64,000 bases of DNA from NCBI RefSeq assembly GCF_964204645.1, contig NC_134034.1, positions 3,551,814 through 3,615,813 of the forward strand, written 5' to 3'. Positions 52,687-64,000 of this stretch are shown in pieces. The notes beneath the pieces are model-generated. The model made no database searches and had not been told where the DNA came from. It saw only the letters and a list, made by a program, of their open reading frames with translations. Position numbers and translations under genes: made by a program. The first letter of the stretch is position 1. Each line of letters starts with the position of its first letter. The DNA is from Tubulanus polymorphus. Taxonomy: Eukaryota; Animalia; Nemertea.

Positions 52687-54367
52687 TTATATCTATTTAG
52701 CCAAATCTAATTCAATTCAAAATAGCTTTATTGCGTGGCAATGACTTTTCTTACATTTTCGGTTTAAATGTTACATACTGTTACAGGGAACGACATATAA
52801 AAGATACATAACGAAAAGGTCCAGAACAAAGTATAAGCTTAAATCTACTAAAATCAAACAAGAAAATTAACTTTAATAAATTATTTGACGCCTGCGAAAA
52901 AATGTAGAATTTCTGGCTAATGTGGAATTGCAAATTTGAAATCGAAGTTTTAAGAAATTTGGGGAATTATGAGATTTGGCGATTGGGTAGATGATACAGT
53001 CTTCGACTGGTCTAATTAAAAAAAAATTGTCAACTTGTGACCGACTTCGATTCACTTTTGCTCTAAGCTGGTCTGCAACTTCATTGCCTCCATGGTTGAA
53101 GAAAGAGCTCTTCTGATGTCTGCTTCATCAAGACTTCGAGCATATCGTGTAGCCAGCCGGCCCGGTCCCGGGGCCCGGTTTGGCTGTCACTCGATATCCT
53201 AGACTTGAGTCTGGGTTGAAGTAGACATCGTCATTTAAATAACTTATTCATGTTATTCTGTATGAATTACCCATGTGTCTTGTATTTTGTATTTTCTTAT
53301 TCTAAAATTTGTAACTTTATTGAATTTGGGAATTTCATCCCGGAATTTCAATGTAATAAGGATCAATAAAGTACTGAATTGAATTGTCACCTTATACACA
53401 TGCCATCAGTGGACGCGGAGCCGTATATGACAGCTATGCTATTATAGATTGCTAATCTCATGAAACCTGCATATCCCTAATATCGAACATATTTTCTAAA
53501 ACATTTGAATATTGAAATTATTTGTTTACACGTTTTTATATAGACCGCTTGTAGCCGCCGATGAAATTCAAGCCGGCCCTACTCAGATCGTAGATAGCTT
53601 CGTCACTCCACTAGCATCCCCATGTCAGGGTCTGACTTTTATATCAGACTTCCAAATCGTGTATACATCCGCCATTTAACCGAATTATCCGATTTACTTA
53701 TCATTTCTATTTATGCCTGCCGCTCCTGATATAATCATACATCCTTTACTATTACAATACCTCTTATCATGATATTCAATGCAATATAACATTTCGACGT
53801 TCAAATAGAGGTCATTATATAATCACAGGGAGCCATTCTACATCTTTATCAATAATATTTTACCAAATAGCTTGTATGTGTATACATAAACCTGTGACGT
53901 TTTGCACATCGATTTACGGTTGTCGTTTGTAAAATGACGCTGAATGGTTAACATTGTTTAAGTTTCATAATGGTAACGTTTTATAAGGCGTCAAAAAATT
54001 AGTCGAAAATGAAATCAACGAAAAACTATGAGGCGAGGCCGCTCGAGGAAAGGATCGAACGGCTCCGATTTCAACAATACATATATACGGTAGTTAAAAT
54101 TCGATGCGAAAAAAGATAACTTCTCGTCGATATTATGATGAATAATCGGTGCCTCTCCCAGTTAGCGGAGCCTTGTCAGCCTTTGCTGATTTCAAATATA
54201 ATCAAATATTTGAATGAATTACACCGACGAGTGCCCCATCATTCTAAAAACCCCGATTAATGATTTTTATTTGGGAAAAATTAAGATGATTGATAAAGTT
54301 AAGGCGTATCGCGTATGCGGCCCAACCGGGGTGGCCCGGCAGTACGGAAGTCTATTTCAACTTTTTG

Positions 54368-54562
54368 AGCCCTGAGAAGCGAACTTAGCTACTGCAGATA
54401 GACCTCCTGAGAAGTGAATTTAGCTTCTGCAGATAGCGACCTGCCCTGAGAAGCGAATTAAGCTTCTGCAGATTGCGACCTGCCCTGAGAAGCGCATTTA
54501 GCTTCTGCAGATATCAACCTGCCCTGAGGCGAATTTAATCTTCTGCAGTTAATTATCGACCT
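54368..54562. repeat. ~38-bp tandem repeat, ~5 copies
   Basis: GCCCTGAGAAGCGAATTTAGCTTCTGCAGATAGCGACCT units. Confidence 0.85.
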
Positions 54563-55394
54563 AAAATTATTAAAATGCCATTGCAAAACAAGAACATAAA
54601 ACACTGAACTGACATTATTTAATTAATGGTAAAAAGCTTAATTTCCTTAAAAAAAAGATGTTATAAGGTTTGCGTTTAACAGTATCGACGGATTCAGTAA
54701 AACATTCCATCTCAGCGGGGCGATATACTTCATTAGGTCAGCCTCGTCAGTAGTCTACCAACTGCGTTCACAATTTGAGGAAATTTACGTTCATTTCATA
54801 GAATTAAGTTGGTTGATGTTCTTTTTGTATTTCATTACGTAGTATAACCGTCGGTAAATGATAAACGACGAGTTTTACTTTCATGGCGGCATCATCGCAG
54901 CATAGGGGTAGTGGGGATTCAAATTGTTTGCTATTAGTTTTGGATCAAGTTTATTGCATATGCCGGGTGTACAAAGGTGACGGTCGCGTCAGTGTTTTTA
55001 TCATGCGGTAACTTCGACAATTCGAAATGTTCAGAGATATTTCTATAGATCAATATATAATGGTACCCCGTGTGTGTGCCCGGTCTATGCTGGATGTACT
55101 ACAGAGGTGACGTCACGATCGCCCCGCGTGTGTAACAGCGGAACGGTCTACACACTTCAATGTAAAGCCTTTCAACGACCAGAGACAACAGCGCGGCTGC
55201 CGATTGGTCAATAGAAATAGTCGGTCAGGACATGCTGCCCTCTACACGCCATCAAATGGAAGACGAAAACAAGGATGACAACTGCTTCATGTTTATTATC
55301 TAACTGCAGAGTGTGCTGAACGACGTCAATGACTAGCAAATCTGTCGGATTGCTCAGGGTAAAAATGGAGTGGTTATACTGGACTGTCTCGCCA

Positions 55395-55650
55395 CTAGAA
55401 TTCATTGTGTCCTTGTGACCACCTCGGATGAAGGATGGAGTCTACTGTCTGCCGATGGTTTCTAGTATTCATTGAGTCGGGTGAGGGATTGAGTCTACTG
55501 TCTGCCTTTGATTTCTAGTATTCATTGTGTCCTTGTGACCACCTCGGACAGGGATTGATTTTTCTGATTGCCTTTGAGTGCTAGTTTTCAATGTGTCCTT
55601 GTGACCACCTCGGGCAGGGATGGAGTCTCTTGTCTGCTTGTGAGTGCTCA
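55395..55650. repeat. Degenerate ~60-65-bp tandem repeat
   Basis: ATTCATTGTGTCCTTGTGACCACCTCGG...GAGTCTACTGTCTGCC units. Confidence 0.75.
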
Positions 55651-58039
55651 GGAGCAGCTATTGCATCTTATAAACACTAAGGAGCAACAGAGACAATAGT
55701 GGACTTCAAAGTATAGTATTGCAATGTTTATTTTTACACTTCACACTTGTACAAACTGGTCTAGTCAGAAATGTAGTTCATGAAAGTTACCAGAGTACAG
55801 AATATTTGTCGGTAGTGGTAGAACAGTACATGTATGAATTATTTAATGAAATTGAAGTTAGGATAATTTGGGTTCTGTGATCTTAGAAGGAACTATCTAC
55901 GTTTGATTATATATTTCAATAAAATCCCATCCAAATACTTTTCGAGAGGATAAATGAATTTGTAAACAGTCATTCTGTTTTGTAATCTGATTTAAGTTCT
56001 TTCTTAGTCTCATAAAATCTAGCTGCATGATTTTGATCTTTGCTCCCAGATGGATTAGTCAAGTTAGGTTGGTGAGGCTGTTTAAATGATCGCGTCCATA
56101 GTTTCGACTCATAGGTCGGTTGAGTTGCGCCTTAACAGAGATCAACATGATATTGGGAACTTAAGTTCAGATAATTTTTAGAGCATAGCTTTGAATGATT
56201 TGTGATAATAATGACGTATAAACCTGGATGAATTGGTCTTTTAGTCTTGTATCAACCAATCGTAGAAATAGTGGTACATTTTATATTTCCTTTGTGTGAA
56301 GCTTAGCCTGAACCATAGTCAAGATTTTTAAAGATGTGCGAAAATATGTCGACATAAAATCTTAGACTCTTAGACGCAATAAAAAAGTTAATATGCGTAA
56401 TATTCTCGTTTTCGAATTTTAATGATGTTTTAGAAATCATGGCTAGGCCAGAAAGTGTGGGGCCCGCCTACAGTTCTGTACATAGGCCCTACTGGTTCGG
56501 CTTGTTTAACATTTGTTTGCAAACCAATTTCTTCGATTGGAAATCATTTAAACCTTGGACGGCTGACCAAGGAGAGCCTCGGCCCCTCTGGGATATGCAT
56601 GGTCTTCATTTATCAACTAGTAAATCATCCTGTTTTGTAACCCATAGCCGCGGTCAACGTTAAAGATTCGAAGATTGATCAACTTACTGACCCACGCCCG
56701 TGGGACCTTCACCCAGTCCTGAGAATGGCCGGTTCGCGGAGGTCCGTATACTGCCAATACTATAGAGCTCGCGTGAACCAGGGGTCGCATTAGCGATATA
56801 CAACTGACACTAACGTTCTCAGTGAAGTGGGACCCTACCCGCTTCACCGGGCCCTGACCGGATCGTGGCGCCATCTACATTGTTTTTATACTGATACGTG
56901 TAACATCTGTAACGAATGGTACGATTTAGTCGATTGATACTCTTTAAATTTGGTAAATGTAATTTAATTACCGTTCAAACCTCGACTGGTGACATTATCA
57001 ATACGGCGGCCGATTCAGATTGAACTGACACTGGTTGTGATCGTTCTATTTTAGACGATATCCGTCAAATCGTATCTCGTTTGTGTAGTCTGTGCAAATA
57101 ACGCTCACATCGGCGTTCCATACGTAGCCCATTATAATCTAAAGCACTCCCTTTTCGACTGTGATCTCAGCAGTGATATTATGTATTTTGGTAAAAGTGC
57201 AGATCCGCACCTCTCGGCATAAATGGTTCAATCAATTACATTAGATATCATTGTTTCAGATTCAAAATGTCATCAGCATTTCAGTACATTGCGATTGCCA
57301 TTGGTTAAGTTTAAAGATATCTTCACTAGAAAGATTTTAGCCTTCAGGCGTTGAGTGTTGCCGTCTCAACGCCTGAAAGTTTTTCCGCTCACGCTTCGTC
57401 AACTACCTTTTCTTATATTTTACTGAAGACGTTTCACAAATTGATAGTGTCTCACAGTCGGATGGAATAATAGGATATATAACTGTCATATCACTAGTAA
57501 GTGTCATATAAAATAAAAGTTTTGATTTTAGATTGAAAAACGAAGTTTTTTCAGTATTTTGTGAGGTCGCCGTGGTGTGGAGCCAGCGGCCATTATCTTT
57601 TAAACGTATCAGAACCAAGACGTTTTTTCTCGGATTTATTGCAGAATTTCCACTCAAAACACAGATACACTATCAAAAACCCCAGCAACTGTATCCCAAG
57701 CCCATCAGCGAGTGCCTGTGCTGGATTCTGTCATTCAGTAGATTGCGTCAATCACGAGAGGTGCAGATCTGCACTTTTACCTGTATTTTCTGTATCGATA
57801 GTTGTGTTTGGAAGATTTTACCAATTATTCTACCATCTCAGTTTAAATATCAGGTTCTTATGCACATATCGTTTTCGCAGGGGATATTTTACCGTATATA
57901 CGGCAGAGAGAGCGTTTATTTCCGCTATTTTACCGTTAATCGCCGCTGATTGGCTGATTTACGTCGCGCGTGCGCACGGGGGTGCACGACTCAGAAAATT
58001 CGAAGAAAGTGTGGAGAACTGAGTTCGAGAAAATAGAAC

Positions 58040-58112
58040 GGATCGAGTGAGACTCGATCCCGGGCCAGTAAATTACTAGCGCAGCGTCATACCACTAGAC
58101 CATCGAGCTCGC
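58040..58112 (-). mobile_element. tRNA-derived SINE head or tRNA pseudogene
   Basis: Minus strand A box TGGTCTAGTGG (58102-58092) and B-box-like GGGATCGAGTCTC (58061-58049); no clean cloverleaf. Confidence 0.5.
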
Positions 58113-58158
58113 TGAAATCAACTCAATGTTTTAACTAGACCCCTCTAGACCATAATCC

Positions 58159-58465
58159 GGCGCTATTGCACTTTCGTACCCCCCTCCCAAAAATTTTAAT
58201 TTCTGTATGTTATTAATAAGGGAGGTCTGTAGAGTCAAAATAAATTACTTTTGACCAAAAAAATTATTTTTTCCAAGCCAAAATTCTGATAATTTCCTCG
58301 ATTCAAACCGACGGGTCGGCCATGTTTCCACATTAATTACCACCTAAAAACATCTGAATCTCAATAAATTTAATTGAATTGAATTGACAAAATTTCGTTT
58401 TTGGGCATATAACTTTTCTTCATCAGAACATCTTTGGGAGGGCGTTACGAAAGTGCAATAGCGCC
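58159..58465. mobile_element. Mutator-like MITE with perfect 9-bp TSD
   Basis: CCATAATCC|GGCGCTATTGCACTTTCGTA ... TACGAAAGTGCAATAGCGCC|CCATAATCC. Confidence 0.85.
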
Positions 58466-58818
58466 CCATAATCCTGAAATCAGTCGTTCAAAATAGAATT
58501 CACGACGCTGTAAAAATAGCCACTTCGGAAAGCGAAAGCTTTGGAAGCAAAATTAGTCATTCTCTCGTAATTAGTTTTGCTATGTGCACTCCTCGATTGA
58601 AAATTACACGTCACATTATAAAACTCACATGCCCTATCATTACAATATCGTTAGATTAAAGAAACTTGAAATATACTTCTGTTAATTTCAAATGAAATTT
58701 AAATGAAATGAACGCGCCGTTTTTTCTTTTACAGGTCGGCGTCTCAAGGGAAGTGGTTTTCAATTGAACAGAACAGAAATTGGAGGCGACGCAACGCGAG
58801 TTGGGTTGAGTTGTTGAG

Positions 58819-61800
58819 ATGAGTTTGGAAGAATTGTTTTCCTGGCTGGCGACAATTCTAGCGATCGGACAACAGCTTACAGGAATGTAAGGAAACTTGA
58901 TACGGCTAGAAAGACGATACCTTGTTTCTTATAATCGGCCGGGTCACTTTCGTAAATCGCGACGAAATTTGTGATCAGTTCAACTGTATGAATGCCATGG
59001 ACCAGTCTATCAGCTGACCGGCCGGGTCAACTTAAAAGCTCAGCTGAAATAAGAAACAAGGTATCAATTATTTTTAGCCTGACATTTAGATTCAGATTAG
59101 ATGTTTCAGTATTGAGGTAGGCTACCTGCCGCGCACACCAGATGACGCTCCAATATTACGCTTTCAATGGTAGAAAAAACCATGGTTCGTTTCCGATGAA
59201 ATGCGAACTGAATTTTAGATGTCTCGAAAACGGCACGAGTTATCAAAAATATTGAATAGTTAAAAGGAGGACCTTTCTACTCATAGCGTATGGTAAAGAT
59301 TTACCCGAATATGAATTTACAGATCAGTAAAGTTTATTCAAACTTAATCGAAACATAGAAGAAATTGTAGTTATTCATTTACCGTCCATGCTTGCCACGG
59401 TAACAGCGCCGGTACCTCATCGGCCCGATTGATTTGCGATCTTTGCTGAATGTTCGGTTGTAATTTCTTTCAGACAAATATGTAAGCGAATAATCAAAGA
59501 TAGAAAATCGGATAGCGTGCAATTTTTTCCATTCGTCGCGATGTTTACCAGGTAAATATGTATAACGATCGGCCACAAGGGGGTACTTCTGTTGGGAGGG
59601 GGTACTTCTGTTGGGAGGGGGTACTTCTGTTGGGAGGGGGTACTTCTGTTGGGATTGTTAATGTCCGACTGTACACTATTGTCACGAACCTGGTGTATCC
59701 TCAATTGCATTGGAACTGGAATCCTCGATTGCCGCAGTACAGGCTACTGTACCCTAGGGCGAACTCTTTTATCAGATCGGAGAATCCGTTTGCCTCCAAT
59801 CGTACTCTTTTATTGTTCACGTGACTTTTTGGAGTCTTTGAAACCTCCTTTCTGTCGAGGTGGTGTGATTCGGATTTTGTGTGGAGCCAACCGGAGATTT
59901 CGGACGGAGACTTCAGAGGTCATAAAAGAGTTGAGCTCTAGTCTTACTGCAAGCTAGCACTAGCGACATTTGGTGGATCGTCACCTGGTTGAACCTCACT
60001 TGCTACAAGTGGAATCCACTATTGCTGCAGTAGTTGATGTCCTACTGCTTACTAGTGACACCTGGTGGATCCTCACTTGCTACTAGTGGAATCCACTATT
60101 GTTACAGTAGTTGATGGCCTACTGCTCACTAGTGACACCTGGTGGAACCTCACTTGCTACTAGTGGAATCCGCTATTGCTACAGTAGTTGATGTCCTACT
60201 GCTCACTAGTGACACCTGGTGGAACCTCACTCGCTACTAGTGGAATCCGCTATTGCTGCAGTAGTTTATGTCCTCGGCCCACTAGTGACATTTAGTGGCT
60301 CCTCACTTGCCACAAGTAGAATTCTCTATTGTCGCAGTAGTTGGATGTCCTACTGCATACGAGCTACAGTTGTTGGTAAATCCCCACAGTGAGGATTCCC
60401 CAGGTGTCAAAAGTGACACTAATCATTAGGAGAATCCCCATTGCTGCAGTAGTGTGCACATTTGTGTCACCTGGTGGATCTTCACTTGCCACAAGTAGAA
60501 TTCTCTATTGTCGCAGAAGTTGGATGTCCTACTGCATACAAGCTACAGTTGTTGGTAAATCCTCACAGTGAGGATTCCCCAGGTGTTAAAAGTGACACTA
60601 ATCATTAGGATAATACCCATTGCTTCAGTAGTGTGCACACTAGTGCCACCTGGTGGATCTTCACTTGCCACGAGTGAAATCCACTATTGCCGCAGTAGTT
60701 GATGTCCTACTGCACACTAGCAACACCTGGTGGATGCTCACTTGCCACATGGGGAATCCTCTATTGCCACAGTAGTTGATGTCCTACTGCACACTAGCAA
60801 CACCTGGTGGATTTTCACTTGCCACAAGTCGAATCCACTTTTGCCGCAGTAGTTGATGTCCTATTGCAAACTAGCGACACCTGGTGGATTTTCACTTGCC
60901 ACAAGTGAAATACACTTTTGCCGCAGTAGTTGTTTTCCTGCTGCACAGGACATAACTAAACTCGTCTATTACTGAAACAGGCCTAGTTGATGTCCTACTA
61001 TACACTAGCGCACCTAGTGGACCCTCACTTGCCACTCTCACTAGTGAAACTCTTGAATGTTGCAGAATTCATTGAGATTCGGCATATAATTTGCGTATTC
61101 GCAGAAAAATAAATCATATCAAAAATGCAGTCGTTATAACGGAATTGTGTTGTTTCGTTTTTTCCAGTTGTACAGTTTGGTTACGTTATGGTATATTAAG
61201 GGAAGACAGTGCAATCATTATAGTTAACATATGCGGCTCGACGCTGCAGTTCATTTACTGTTTCACGTATTATATTTTTACCAAACAAAAGGTTCGTATA
61301 CGTAGTTTCACGATCATCGGAGAAAATATTCCAACGTAGAATAATACAGGTTAGGCCCCACCTGATCGGGATGATTTACGACCCATGAATTTCATCCGGT
61401 TTAGAAAGGATGTTTCCAACGAACGTGTTAATCTGAATCATTCATCCGGTTTAGGGACCATCCGTTGTTCAGTACGTACGCAAATATCTGTCAATTTGCG
61501 ATCTGCATTAATTGTATGCATTTTCACAGACCTCCCTCCCCCTATCGTGCGTACTTAATACTAAATTGATGGTCCCTTTTCAATGCACATATTTATGTAT
61601 GGATGGACTGTGGGATCATTCATTCATTACGTACATATAAAATTTGACTTTTTCAAATCTTTTACATCGTGTCTATCTGTATCTTCTTTAAAAAGACAAT
61701 ATCAAACAATCGAAAGGCGTAATTTGTTTTAAGCCGCGACTATTTTCTAGATCTGCCGTATCCATTTTGAAATAACCGTTCATTCATCTTTTTATTTTCA

Positions 61801-63670
61801 GTCCGTTGTAAATAAACAGATAACGATCGGTTTGTTTATGTTGTTTCCGATCCTGATTTACACGCGGTTTATTTCGCCGACTCGAGAATCGGCCGTCGCG
61901 ACGCTCGGTTTGTACTGTTGCACCGTGTCTGTGATATCGTACGGTTCACCGCTGTCCTCCGTAGTACGTATCGATTCGAAATGGCTTAAATATTTTCCCA
62001 TTAAGCCCTACGGCTATAGAACTGGGTAAAGCTTACACGACCGTGGAACTTAGTCCAGATTCAGTTTTTACCCAAACAACTGTGGAACTGGATCCAGAGT
62101 CAAATTAATCCCACTCAACTGTGGAACTGGCTGCAGATTAGAAATAAAACCTGCACAACTGTAGAACTGGATCCAGATTCAGTTGAAACCCGCACAACTG
62201 CCAAACTGGATCCAGAGTCTAAATGAACCCGCGTTGAATCCATCCTCCCCAGCAGGGATTCGAGCCTGATGGCATTTAGGCTGGCACAGTAAAAAACCTG
62301 CCGCACTAGCCTTAAGCCTTAAGATTTTGTCGTTATTAGCCAATCAGAAAGCCTGTTTTATTTTAGCCCAGGTTTTTTCCATTCGTAGTTTTTCCATAAA
62401 ATTTGTCTCGGCGATTATACAACGAGCAATCTGATTGGTGCGGCCAGTTTGTGTGCGGAAAACCTGCACACCCGGTCTAGTGCGGCAGGGATTCGTGCTG
62501 TGGCTGAGTGTAGCGATACCAACAAGTTTGAATCCCTGCCGGCAAAGTATGGTGCAACCAGATAAGATTCAAATTAAACCCTGTTTGCTTGCATGGACGA
62601 TGAATTGAATTTGGTAATGATTTTCAGAAACAAGTGATTCGAACGCAAAGTACATCTGTGATGTCATTTCCTCTGGTGGCGTTTAACGTCGTACTCGGTG
62701 GATTGTGGTTTATTTACGGAATCATTCGACACGATAAATATATTCAAGTGAGTGAAATAAAAAAATGCGTAGTTTGAGAATCTGAGAAGATTCGACCCCA
62801 GTGTGTTGAATAATGAGCATATTGCTGTAGTGTCTCTACACCGCAGTGCAGCGTATTGTTAGTTACTGATATTTCAATGTTTTGATCGATGCTGCCATCT
62901 TTCGAAAGAGATGAAAACTACAGTTAACCCCCGATATACCGCCCTCCCATGTACCGCAACCTCCGCCTACCGCCAGTCTCTATGCAAATACATAGTAAAA
63001 CACCCCTGATATACCACCAATACTGCCAATATCGTTCAGCACCGATGTGGGCGGTATATATCGGAGGTTGACTGTAATTACTAATGACATCAATAAACTG
63101 TGATGTGGTGTACTAGCAAAGATCATCACTGATATATCAGTGTTTTCAATAAGAAATTAACAAGCCAGGTCCCTTTGAAAAACAGAAGGGTCCCATAATA
63201 TGTCAGTCCCGGAAATGAAAGCTGTTTTGAAAAAACAGGCGGGTCCTTTACAAACGACAGACGGGTCTGGGACCTGGCTCTTATTGAAAACACTGTATAT
63301 ACACGGCACTGCAGTGTAGATGCGCTGAAAGGCTTAAGTAATTTGTGCTGTACCTTCGAATTATAATAATGATCCAGATCAATTTTATTAGTCCCGAATG
63401 ATGCAGATCAAGTAGGTTTAACAGTACCTCGGATTACTGGTAGACTGGATTATTTTCATGTGTCTCGAACGTTCAGGTTTTACGGTACCTCGGATATCTC
63501 ATGAACCAGATTAATTAAGACATATTTTTCACGCTCGGTTTCGATTTTTCTATTTTCAGGTACCGAATTTTATAGGATTTATTCTCGGATGTCTTCAGGC
63601 GTCGTTATTCGTTTTGTATCCGTCGCGATCGTCGCGGACTATAAACGCGAAGTCGACGGTCGTTATATAA
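58819..63670 (+). CDS. SLC50A1: Sugar transporter SWEET1 (MtN3/saliva family), 220 aa
   Basis: Coding exons 58819-58886, 59474-59551, 61168-61291, 61802-61963, 62628-62747, 63560-63670; GT-AG with consistent phases (663 nt). Two MtN3 repeats: SVQFFPF...VWLRYG...IIIVNICG and YGSPL...VIRTQSTSVMSFPL...LWFIYG...DKYIQVPNFIG. Confidence 0.95.
59578..59654. repeat. 19-bp tandem repeat x4 (GGGGTACTTCTGTTGGGAG)
   Basis: Directly visible. Confidence 0.92.
59955..61035 (-). repeat. 77-bp hairpin satellite array (inverted relative to the other arrays) in SWEET1 intron
   Basis: Period 77 (60721 to 60798); reverse complement of the 26063 unit. Confidence 0.9.
62921..63074. mobile_element. Tc1/mariner-like MITE nested in a piggyBac-like MITE
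   Basis: TA|CAGTTAACCCCCGATATA ... TATATCGGAGGTTGACTG|TA. Confidence 0.75.
63138..63295. mobile_element. Second TIR element nested in the same piggyBac-like MITE
   Basis: CAGTGTTTTCAATAAGA ... TCTTATTGAAAACACTG flanked by TATAT on both sides. Confidence 0.75.
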
Positions 63671-64000
63671 GAGAGCCTCGAGTCAATCAGAGAGCGGGCG
63701 TCGACCCGAAATCATTCGTGTTCGTTCTCGTCGCATTTAAATTACGTCTTCTTTCTGTTTTGAAAGAAAAAATCAAAAAAGTATTTCCATTTCGAATTGT
63801 TAGGTTTTGGTTTCATTCGTAGAATGATTTTCCGTGTTTCTACGAGCTAATGCTAGGTCGGGTTGTGAATCAGCCGTCTGGAACACCGCCTCTTCTCACG
63901 TACATTCGTTACTTTATCGACATTCCGAACAATGCCTCAGACATTTTGATAAAATCAGAACCTGGGAAACGCTATGGATGCAATTAAGTTTAACACTTGA

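Overview
Repeat-rich genomic DNA from an invertebrate animal, probably a marine lophotrochozoan; the species cannot be established from the sequence alone. It contains four spliced protein-coding genes whose exon phases I checked by hand. (1) A bursicon-alpha-like cystine-knot neurohormone (+; main exon 19326-19989, possible first exon at 8651-8706). (2) C1GALT1/T-synthase (-; 4 coding exons, 26958-34388, 405 aa). (3) ELP2 (-; 17 exons, 39821-52660, 849 aa). (4) SWEET1/SLC50A1 (+; 6 coding exons, 58819-63670, 220 aa). Introns and intergenic DNA are filled with MITEs (Harbinger-, piggyBac-, Tc1- and Mutator-like), LINE and SINE remnants, microsatellites and several hairpin-rich minisatellites. 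Most notable: a U12-type last intron in ELP2; three different Penelope-type minimal hammerhead ribozyme loci (one apparently intact); an 80-aa dibasic-flanked C-terminal extension on bursicon alpha; a satellite built from a MITE terminal repeat; a dispersed 77-bp hairpin satellite carrying a CTCF-like motif; and an unexplained ~830-bp coding-like island in a C1GALT1 intron. No CRISPR array, rRNA or intact tRNA gene was found. I cannot demonstrate a wholly new biological system; the leads above need the checks listed.
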